64,000 nucleotides of DNA from Eremomyces bilateralis CBS 781.70 (taxonomy: Eukaryota): the NCBI GenBank assembly GCA_010015585.1, contig ML975160.1, one strand, 5' to 3'. A program made the translations under genes and the position numbers. Below, in pieces: positions 11,038 to 21,336 of the stretch. Under the pieces are notes generated by a model. That model searched no databases. It was not told where the DNA came from and saw only the letters and a program-made list of their open reading frames with translations. Each line of letters starts with the position of its first letter. Within the stretch, counting starts at the first letter, position 1.

Positions 11038-14000
11038 TCACGAAATGTCGAACAGCGGCTTCAGCTTCTTGAGCAGGTGCCACTCGTCCATGCTGACGTC
11101 CTCCTTGTAGAACTCCTTCAGCGTGTCGATGGTCGTCCGCGAGATCTTCGAGTACAGGATGTCCTTCTCCTCCAGCTGGCGGCCGTACAGCGGCTGGTTG
11201 GGCCCTTCGATCTTGACCGCGACGGACGGCTGGCCTTTTTTGCAGATCGGGAGGGCCTTGTGGTCGCGCTCGATGGAGGTGCTGGGACGGTGTTAGCGGT
11301 GATATCACGGGTTAGAAATGGGGAGACTCACACTCGGCCCATATCGATGATCTCCTTCTTCCCCTCCGCGTTCGTCTTGATGGCGCAGATGGGCGTGTGC
11401 ATCTTCAGCGTGCCATCGATGACGTCGACGCCCACCACGATCGGATCCTTGTTGTTGAACACCGCGACGGGCTTCAGCACGCACGGGAACACGGCCAGCA
11501 TCTTGCTCTCCTCCTTCCGCTGCTCCGCTAGCTGCTTTAGATGGTTGGTGAAGTCGTCGAATAGGTGGTAGATGATGTCCGCGGTGAAGATCTTGACCCC
11601 GACGTCGGCGGCGTATTTCTCCGCCTCCTTGTCGACGCGCACGTCGAAGCAGAGCATCACGGCGTATTCCGGAGCGCGCTCCAGCATGACGCCGGCTTGC
11701 ATGACATCACGCTTGTACACGGGCCCGATGCTGATGTTGGCCACTGGGATTTTAGAGACGCGGAGGAACTCGAGCAACGCTTCCAGGGAGCCCAGGGTGG
11801 AAGCCTGCACGCTGACGCCTTTGCCGGTCTTGGAGATGCGGGAGAGCAGGTTCTCGAGATCGGACATGACCTCCTCCTCCAGATCCTCTTCGTCGTCGTC
11901 CTCGCCCACCACGAGGAGGCGGGAACCGGCGATGGCGGAGTCGAGGCCGTCGGCGGATATCTTGATACCCATGGCAGCTTTGATTTCCTTGTTGTGAACG
12001 TACTGTGACTTGACACGGAGCTCTTTCATCTCCGCCGGCGTTAGCAGCGCTCGAATGTTGGTAGTGATGGCTCCGTTGAGACCGCATAGCACTATTCGGT
12101 CGCCTTCGCGCAGAACACCGTTCGACAGGATGACATCGATGGTGGTACCCAGACCCTCGATGACCTTGACTTCAAGGACCGTCGCCTCCACCTCCGACAG
12201 ATACATCAGGGAATTGGTCATCCGCTCCTGTGAAAGATTGACGAGCAGCTTCAGAAGGTCGGGGATACCTTCGCCGGTATGCGCGGACGTCGGGACAAGA
12301 GAGACGTTCCGCGCCATGAACCGGTTCTCGTAGAACAGCTCTGAGTTGAACCCTTGCTCGGCGAACGCCAGCTTGGTCTTCTCCAATCGATCACGGAACT
12401 CGCCCTGGCAGCCCTTGTTCTGCATCGACAAGCTGTTCTGGAAGCCGTTGTTGGCGATCTGCTTCCATCCGAACAGACGATCGATCTTGTTCAACGCCAC
12501 GATGAACGGCGTCTTTCGCTCACGCAGGAGTTTCATCGATTCGAGCGTCTGAGGTTCGAGGCCGTGCATGATATCGACGACGAGAATGGCGATGTTGCAA
12601 AGCGAGGACCCACGAGACCGAAGATTGGTGAAAGACTCGTGACCAGGCGTATCGATGACGAGAAGGCCGGGAACTTTGAACTCGAATTTGCCATCTTGGT
12701 TGACGACGGCCGTCTTCTTCTGCAGGGCCTCCACGGGGAAGTAAGTCGCACCGATCTGTTGAGTGATACCACCAGCCTCGCCTTCTTGGACGTTCGTCTG
12801 TCGGACCTTGTCCAGAAGCTTCGTCTTTCCGGTGTCGACGTGCCCAAGAATACAGCAAATAGGGGATCGAAGGTTGGATGCTGACCGAGCTGCCAATGCT
12901 TCCTCGTGCTTCTTCTTTCGCCGTTCCTCTGCCTCCGCCTTCCTCGCCGAAACGACTTTGGCAGCCACGGATGGCTTCTCTTCGTCTTCTGTCTCCTCTT
13001 CCGAGGACTCTTCTGACGACTCTTCGGCCAGAGCCTTTCCGTTCGCGGCGGCCGCTTTCCCGCGAGCTCCAGGCTTCAGTTCTTCTTCCTCTTCGGATGA
13101 GGCATCCCAGCTATCCTTAACACCCTCCAGCTTGGCTGCCTCGGTCTCCCAATCCTCCAAGCCTGCGTCTTCCTCCTCTGGTTCGACAGGCTCAGGTTCT
13201 TGAACCGGTTCCTCAATGTGTGTCTCCTCGAGCTGTTTGGCGGTTTCATCAACGGGCTCCTCTTTCTTCTCCTGGACACCTTTCTTGCCCCCCTTTCGCT
13301 TCCGATTGTCGTATACGGGCTTTTTCTTCTCAGCGCCCGCCTCCAGTCCAAGGACCTTCGCGCCTCCGCTTTCCAGCATCTGCTGCATTCGGATCTTATT
13401 GCGCTCGGCGGCCTCCTTTTGTGCCTTCGTCATGAACTTGCCCTCTTTCTTGAGCTGTTCGATCTTGGCCCTCTCCTTGGCCTTCTTCGCCGCCTTCTGT
13501 TCTTCCTTCCGTTTATTCTCTTCTTCTTCCAGGCGCATACGTTCGATTTCCTTGGTTTTCTCTTCGGCTTCCAATCTAGCTAGCTGCTCTTCTCTCAAAC
13601 GTCGTTCTTCCTGCTGTTTCTGAAGGGCAGCCAGTGCAGCGGGGACCTTCTTCTTTTTGCCCCCAGCCGCTACATCAGGGGTTGCACTAGGTTCGGGTTT
13701 GGCCTCTTCGGCCTTCGCAGGTTGTGGTGCTGGCGTTCGTATGGGTCCGGCAGTCTTCTTCTTTGCAGCCTGCACGCTGTTAGTATCCGCTTCAGGCCAT
13801 CAAAATGGAGATTCATGAATTTCCCGACGTACCTGTTCCTTCTTCCGCTGCTTTTCCCTTTCCTTCTTCTCCTTTTCCTTTTCCTTCTTGGACTTCATCT
13901 TTCCGCCCGGTTGATCGTCCTCATCGTCATCGGCCGGTTCGGCTTTCTGGTACTTGCCACCGGCTTTCCCGCCCTTGCCCTTCTTCGGTTGGGAATAGAG

Positions 14001-14306
14001 ATCCTCATCGTCCATGCTCGCTTCGACCGGAGCTTTCGATGCCAGATCCACGGGTCCGGTGGCGTCCCCATCTTCGTCCTGATCATCCAAATCGGCAACA
14101 GCCTTGCCCTTCTTCTGCTTCTTACCCCGGTTCTTCTTCAGTGCCGCCAGTAATCCACCTCCTCCAGTGTTGTCACCCTCTTCGGCATCACCGGCGGCTT
14201 CCTCGTCCTTTGCTGCTTGGGTGGCTGCAGCAATGGGGTCGGCGACCTCCCCCAGACCTTCATCCCAATCATCACCACCTTTGCTCCCTTTTGTTTTCGG
14301 AGCCAT
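11038..14306 (-). CDS. FUN12: Eukaryotic translation initiation factor 5B; exons 14306-13833, 13769-11332, 11281-11038
   Basis: Charged N-terminus; [33 protein letters not shown] GTPase motifs; splicing restores [11 protein letters not shown]. Confidence 0.97.
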
Positions 14307-15077
14307 GATTGCTAAGAGTATCTGGAAATTGCTTTCTCGTGTCGATGATCGTCAAACTATATCGAAGTGGTGTAATGGTCGCGTATGGAGTCCGTCTCGC
14401 CTGTAGGTATGATGGAATTGAGGAAAGTTATCTTAGTCCTCCGGTCGTAGTGGGACCGCTCGACGAAATTATGAAGGCAAACTTCACGTGATCGACCGAC
14501 TGTGAGGCTCGCAAATGTCGAGGAGTGTAATAATATGATTCCCAGTACTGGAAAAGCGGTATTAATGGCTTCGTAGATGCGAAATCAACGAGTGACGACT
14601 GTCGAAAATGGGGAACACAAATGCAATTTTGGGGGAGGGTGGTTTAGTGGGGTTCTCTGGTTCTCCATCATTCAGTTGGCGACTTTCACCATTTGCTCCG
14701 ATTGATGCCGTGAATATCAATATTAATGACATCCCTCCAAGCAATCGCCAGGAATACCTGCCGTACACGTACATTATTCTGACTGTTACTATGACATATT
14801 CCTTGGGATACTCTTGTTAATTGAAAATTATTATCATGTGACGGAGTAGCGATTACAATCCCACCTCATTCCGACCAACTGGTACTGGTACCCTAATATA
14901 CACACACTACAGTTCCAAGATCGGACATATTTTCATCATTATTAGAAGGTGTTTGCGTTGTCCATGGAGCGCGCTAAATTCTCATGAGGCTATTACACAG
15001 AAAGTTAAGACGGTACCATATTAATCCTACACTCGGCGGCGTATGCTAGAATCTATCTGCGCAATAGCGGACATCGA

Positions 15078-16160
15078 TCAACCGAAGAGCATCCGCACAG
15101 CATCTTCCGGCGCCGTGTCATCGCCCCCACTGGGCGCATCCTTTCTCAATGGGCTGCCGTGAGCGAAGAAAAGGACTTTGATAGCAATAGCGAGACCAGC
15201 GTGAAGCGCCGCCACAACAATCAGGAGGATCTTCGAGGTGCGGACATCGGTTGCGGATAGAACGGGGTATCTGGGCGTTGTTAGGTCGTCTCTACCGCTA
15301 ATCATGAGAGGCTCGGATCTTACAAATTTCGAAGGATGAAGAAGACCGACAGTGCAAATCCGATGGCAACAAAGATGTAGTTCAGACCTGCAAGGTATCG
15401 TTAGCATGATCAGTCGCCTCCGTGCTGTCCCAGTACGTACTGCTGATGGGCGACCACGAGATAACGGCCACGGGAATCCAAATGAGGTTCGCATATCCGT
15501 AAAGCGCCCAGCATTCCAGAAGGTTGGCGGACTCGCTGCCGAACCATTTGAGCGTCCCCCACAGCCCGATCGGGATGACGCCCGTATACCCGTAGATCAA
15601 TCCCGCCGCTCCGCTCAGCAACCGGAAGTCATACTGGACTCTGTTTCCGTCCCCTCGGAGCGCGATGTACCGCGAGATGGTGCCGGTCAAGAATAGGATC
15701 ATGACGACGGTGGTGGCGATCCAGAAGGGGCCGTAGAGGTCCGGGTTGCCTTCGAGGACATCAAGGAAATTGGCGCGGGGATAGAGCGTGGCCCAACAGC
15801 GCTTTAGGACCTCGTTGGTGTCGACGTCGAAGAACTGGGCGTAGAAGGACAGTGTCCAGAGGAAGCTCTTGGGTTTGCTCGCCGGACCACCAGTCAGCGG
15901 AGTGGAATCGGGGGCAATCTTATTTCGACGCGATGTTGGTTCGTCGAAGTCTAGGATGGATTAGCCATACGATGAGCTTTATGGTGATGTCCAGATACGC
16001 ACTGGATGAGTGGAACTCCAGGTCTTCTTGCAGGTCCGTTCTTCCCAGGTCTTCTCCCTGAAGATAGCATTAGTATTCAGGATTTACCATCCCCGAGCTG
16101 TCCAACGCAGCATACCTCTTGATCCACGTCCACGACGACATCGTAGCCTCTGTTCGCCAT
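15078..16160 (-). CDS. Yip1-domain membrane trafficking protein (Yip5/YIPF1-2-like); exons 16160-16116, 16057-16003, 15950-15441, 15387-15324, 15270-15078
   Basis: MANRGYDVVVDVDQE, FYAQFFDVDT, NPDLYGPFWIATT, LLECWALYGYAN and several TM helices; four phase-consistent introns. Confidence 0.88.
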
Positions 16161-16359
16161 GGTTGAGGAGCGTTGTTAGGTGCAATAGCGGGATCCCAAA
16201 CTCTTGACGTCAAAGGGCTGGACTGGAGCAATTCACAATGCGTGTCCCAACTCCAAACCGGAACGGCGCCAGGGTCCGATGTCATTTGTGTTCACGTGAC
16301 AATGATTCAATCCAAAGACATCACGTGGGGAAACGAATGGTTGGTGCCTGAAATTGTAC

Positions 16360-16392
16360 TTACAGCCTTACAGCCTTACAGCCTTTAAGCCT
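16360..16392. repeat. 8-bp tandem repeat (TACAGCCT) x3 plus a degenerate copy
   Basis: ttacagccttacagccttacagcctttaagcct read directly. Confidence 0.8.
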
Positions 16393-17793
16393 GAGACCTC
16401 ACATCTCTTACACGTGCTCACGATGTGCAACCCAGTCAGGAACTCAGGATAAAGAATGAAGAGTCCAATTGTCTCCCCTCCAAAAAGTGCCAGTCCCATC
16501 TCCTTGGAACCGGACGACGCTTGGGCTCACCTGGTCCCTCTCTTCACTGCTTCATTTCTCCCACCAAGCCACCGTGTTCCAAACTCCATCTCGAAAATGC
16601 CTCCTATCATTTTAAAGAACTGGATCGTTGACCTTCCTTGAAACGATCTATTACTATTTAAACGTGAGTTTGGCTTCGAGCGCCGGCTGCCGGGACCACT
16701 TGTTTGCGCTCGAGTCATCCGGTCTCATGCCGTGTCAGACGCCATCCTGTTTGAAACTGCAGTCCACCGCTGGGTCGAGACGCCCAAGTCCCAACATTTC
16801 GGAGAATGCACGGAAACGAGTCCATAGTTCCTTTGTTGGTTTTCCCGCAGGCATCTCCGTTTCACGGCATGACAGGAAAGTGGAGCGTCCAGCCGTCATT
16901 GTCGTCCGCTTATGCCGCGAGAATCGCGAGACGTCAGCCATGCAAGCCCAATATAGGTAACAGGCCGGCTTACTGCAAATGAGCAAATCTTGAGGTTTCG
17001 TGTCGTTGCTGTCCCCCGATCAACTGTCGCTCTGTTTCCATTCTTCAAGTCGATCTTCCCTGATGTGTCCCGCTGCTCTCCCGCTGAGGGGCTGCAGGGT
17101 ATTATCGTGAGATCGTGTCCGATCGTGAGCCTAGTTTTTCGGGGATGCCCCAGAGAATATCAAGTCGATGGGCTGTCCAGACTCGCTCTGCCCCATTTCT
17201 GGTTCACTTAATTTGCGCGATGGGGCTCGCTGGTGCACATTGCAAGGAAAGTTTAATGACAAAGGACCGAAGGACTCGATCCCCTGCCCCACCCTAGCGG
17301 GATCTGGGCAATTGGTAGATGACAATGCTGGCAGCTTCATGCAATCTTGAAACATATTTCACACATTCGAGCCCTGCTATTTGTCCGTACCTGACATAGT
17401 GGCACCGCTCTAGCCAATAACCACGCTAGCGGCATCAAGCCGATTTCAGGGCCGGGGTTCCTGGCTGATAACGAGTGGACTTGGGGACTTAGCGCTGCCC
17501 GCTGTTGATCAATATCGTATTAACCTCACGGCCTCATCTCGTTCTGCGCTGGGAGCCGGTGTTTCCATGCCATGTGGCGTTTTGTTGGAATGATGGGTCC
17601 AGTAGGGCCGCCTTTTGCTTTTATCTCTCAGGGCTAGCAATTTCCGGCCCTGTTAGTATATGTATAAACCCGACTGGCAATCTATCTGTCTATGTCTTCT
17701 TTCTCTTCACGGCAGGTTCTGACCCAATTCCTTCATTTTCACCACACTCATTGACCATTACGGTCCAGTCACTCTTTTTCCCCACTCGCAAAC

Positions 17794-18672
17794 ATGAAGC
17801 TAGACGATCTCATCAGGCTCTTGACAGCCTACATGGCTGCGCCAGAGATGAACCTCAAGCCTTTCAATCCGGTCCATGGTCCTCGTCCTCCGCTGGTTAC
17901 GGGAACGGGCAGCGCCATCTCCCTCCCGGCTCCCACTCCCGAGCCATCGTTTTCTTCGGTCATCGTCGAACATCATCCTAAGCCCTCGGAGGCACCATCT
18001 TTCATTCCCGCTCCTGTGTGGACCCCTGAACCTTCATCTGAGCCTACTCCTGAGCCTACTCCTGAGCCGACTCTTGAGCCGACTCCTGCACCGTCTTCCG
18101 AGCCTGCTCCTGCACCGTCTTCCGAGCCTGCTCCAGCGCCTACATCTGAGCCTACCCCCGAGCCGACTCCTGAACCGACTCCTGAACCGACTCCCGAGCC
18201 GTCTCAGCCTTCCAGTGGCGGAAGTTATATCGATACCGTCAACAGTTTCCGCAACAAAGCCGGCCTTCCCACGATGACCTGGGATGAGAGCCTGGTTTCC
18301 AACGCGGCGGATGCGGGAGCCGGCACCAAAGGCACCACGCTCGTTCACAAGCTGAACAAGGGAACCGGAGGCCAGGTCATGGTCTTTGGCTTTGAGGACA
18401 ATGCCTCCTGCAACCGCGATACGCTGGACCTGGGCGGCTTCGGCTTGTCGTACTACAGCTGGCTTTGCGAAGTCCCGAGCGACGGCGCGTTGGGCAGTGA
18501 CTTCTGCAGCAAAGTTTTGAGCACGGCCCGGATCAACACGGAGGGACAGACCGGACATTACGATATTCTGTCCAGCTCCAAGTACACCAAAATCGGTTGC
18601 GCCTTTGCCCAGGACTCGAGTGCTTCCACCTGTGCAACATGGACTGGTATCTGGACGTGCGACGTCGCATAG
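17794..18672 (+). CDS. CAP-superfamily (SCP/PR-1-like) protein with a Pro/Glu/Thr repeat linker
   Basis: YIDTVNSFR.KAGLP.MTWDESL..NA, WLCEVP, GHYDIL..SKYTKIGCAF, WTCD; (EPTP)n and (APSSEP)n linker. Confidence 0.8.
   Translation: MKLDDLIRLLTAYMAAPEMNLKPFNPVHGPRPPLVTGTGSAISLPAPTPEPSFSSVIVEHHPKPSEAPSFIPAPVWTPEPSSEPTPEPTPEPTLEPTPAPSSEPAPAPSSEPAPAPTSEPTPEPTPEPTPEPTPEPSQPSSGGSYIDTVNSFRNKAGLPTMTWDESLVSNAADAGAGTKGTTLVHKLNKGTGGQVMVFGFEDNASCNRDTLDLGGFGLSYYSWLCEVPSDGALGSDFCSKVLSTARINTEGQTGHYDILSSSKYTKIGCAFAQDSSASTCATWTGIWTCDVA
18025..18210 (+). repeat. Coding minisatellite (12-bp GAGCCKACTCCT units and 24-bp GCACCGTCTTCCGAGCCTGCTCC(T/A) units)
   Basis: Encodes PEPT/PAPSSE repeats; visible at nucleotide level. 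Confidence 0.8.
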
Positions 18673-18839
18673 GGGAAAGGAGGCTGCTGGCGCGACTCCG
18701 TGGCTTGTCACAGGATTTGACGAGGACCTTGTACTTAACTTCCATTCATGTAAAGCATTATCGATATTGAACATCAGGCACTCGACCTCGTTCGATTTTC
18801 TCGCAAAGCGTCCATCCGGCCAAATCTGTATTGGTGATC

Positions 18840-20564
18840 TTAGGGTTTGGCGGGACTCTCTCCATTCGTCCTCGTCACCACCGGCTTAGCTTTCAAATCT
18901 TGCGCTGTCTCACCACTATCGAAAAGACTCGATGGTTAGCAGAAGTCAAACCGGCCAATCCTGTGTCACTCACCTCCATATCTCCCCCAGCAACACCCTT
19001 TCTGACAACCGCTTCAGGACTTCCGCCCCAAACTCGAAGTCATGCTCGTCCAAGTATATCTGCCCGCTCAACCGGGCCCACCACTCCCCTCCGTAAAGGA
19101 TCAGAGGAATTAACGTGTCATAATCTGCAATCATCGTCTTCATCACCCAGTCCTGGACTTTCATAGCCAGAGCAGTACCCTTCAGGTCAGGACTAGTCCC
19201 CTTCCCACCCGTTACCCGTGCCGCCGTCTGCTCAACCGCAGCCACTGACATCGGAAGCCGCACGTTTGCAAAAGCGCAGTCCCCCAACCGCGACTCCCCT
19301 CGCGCATCCATCGCCGCGCCCAGCACTTCCGTCCCCAAAATCTCCGCGGCTTTCCGACCGCCGTTCCTCGCGAGGTGGAAGACATACTCTCGGATCTTCT
19401 CCTCGCCACCGAGGGACTGGCGGTACTCGATGGCGGCGGGAATGCAGGCGTATGGCGTGTTGTCGGTGGTGCCCACGAACTCGAAATTGACTTCGAAAGC
19501 AGACTTGGTCGGCTCCGGAGTCGGCAATGGACTTCGCGGCTTTTCCTCGCCTTCCTTCAGCAGCGGAATGAGGCCATGGGATGTTGGTATAGTAGACCGG
19601 ATGAGGTGCTGGTTCCGTAGCGGGACGTAAAGCATTGCGCAACCCCTAGGGACGAAAAGCCATCTGCGTATTGCGGCATCAGCAACCGCACCCGGCGCAG
19701 TGGAAAAGAGCAAAAACACAAATCAAGAAGTCCACCCCTTAGGGTGAGATACATGGCCTTACGAGCGGGTTGACTTACTTATGGCAGTTACTCGTGAGGA
19801 AATCACAGTCCAACCTGCTAATATCCAGATCCACGTGTCCGACGCCATGTGCGGCGTCTACACAACTCAGCACTCCCAGCTCTTTACAGGCCTTCGTCAG
19901 ACGCTCGAACGGCACCCTCAGTCCGGGCATCGACACAACCGTATCGAAAATCGCCAACCTTACCCTTCCTCCCTTCGCCGCAACCTCCTTCACCCTCCTC
20001 TTGAACTCGTCCACCAGCCAGTGGTCCGATACAGGGTACGTGTAGTCAACCGTGACCGATTCCGCCGGCGTGGTCTCACAAATGTACCGCACGCTGTTTC
20101 CGCACGCCCCATATATCGTGGAAAAGGTGACTATATGGTCGCCCGGGGCGAAGGTCAACGCCCTTAGAACAGTGTTAATCCCTGTCGTCGCGTTCTTGAC
20201 CAACACCACCGTCTCCACTGGCACTTTCAGCAGCCTCGCGAGGGCGGCCCGAGACTGATCCAGCTTCAGCGGGGACTCATAGCGGATGTACGGGTCAGGT
20301 TGGGCCTCGCAGAATTCTTGCTCGCGGCGACGAACATCCTGCACTTGACGAGGGAATGCGCCGAATGAGCCTGGAATCGGGGGCGTTAGCGCAGTTGCAG
20401 AGTATATGTATGGTCGATTTCCAAAAGCACGGACTGCGATCGAGAGTTGAGAAGGAGTGTCGAGATACCATACCATGGTTCAGATTGATGAACCGTTCAT
20501 CGAACAGAAAATCCTTCTTCAACTCATGACCGAAGCCAGTATTGTCTCGTTTTACCACCGACAT
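18840..20564 (-). CDS. PLP-dependent class V aminotransferase, hercynylcysteine sulfoxide lyase (Egt2)/LolT-like; exons 20564-20474, 20370-19779, 19663-18974, 18915-18840
   Basis: NLNHG|SFGAFP, VKNATTGINTVLR, VDAAHGVG, DFLTSNCHK|WLFVPRG (PLP lysine), FEFVGTTD, WARLSGQIYL. The last intron is inferred from GTGAGT...GCTAAC...TAG. Exact substrate is an inference. Confidence 0.85.
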
Positions 20565-21336
20565 GTTGCAAGACTCGGCGGGGTATTCGTTCAAACAGCT
20601 TGACTTTCTGTCAACGAAACTCCTCGGCTTGACAAAACTGATCCAAGTGGCAAACCTACAAGCCTTTTATTAATTCTAGCCCTTTATGACTCCCAAGATC
20701 AATTATGACTCCAAATTCTACCTCGACTCATATTGTCCCACTAGTTCTTCCGGCCTTTGTCCGTATCAACGTCAGATCGTTACTCAATGAGGCAATCGAA
20801 GGGCGTGAGTTGTATTACCTACTTGGCCAATGAGATGCCCCAATTGAACGGCTATCCACGGTGCTCTGCATTGTGACTCCGATTGCGGGAACCTTGCGCT
20901 TATTTGCACTTTCTAGTGTGGGATACTCGTATATATTGCACGATTGACTAGGATATGGAATGCATCCGGTATCCTGAACTATAGGCGGTGAAGAATTTCC
21001 TCCCAAGTAATCAAGTCGGGAGTTGAAATAGGGCCGCGATTGCTCCATTATTGTTAGAGCCTTGCCAGCGGTGCCCCAACGAGACAGGACAGGAATGAAT
21101 GATATTCATGGAGATAATAATTATCTGCACTAAATAACCCAAAGTCTGCAATCCACCTCTAAAATGACCTTCCTCATCGAAGAAATAAAGCACTAGGGTA
21201 TCAAATGGGCCGACCCGAAGCCAATGTAAAAAAACGCCAGTAGTACCAAAAGAAGATCTTGATGCTCCGTCAATGCGGCTAAGTCAAATCAAACAGGCGA
21301 ACAGTGCCAACAAAGGCAAGCCGAATTTAGCAATCG

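Noticed and set aside
16628..17500. Several 60-110 aa ORFs between the Yip1 gene and the PR-1 gene
   Set aside because: No domain-like sequence or consistent exon structure.
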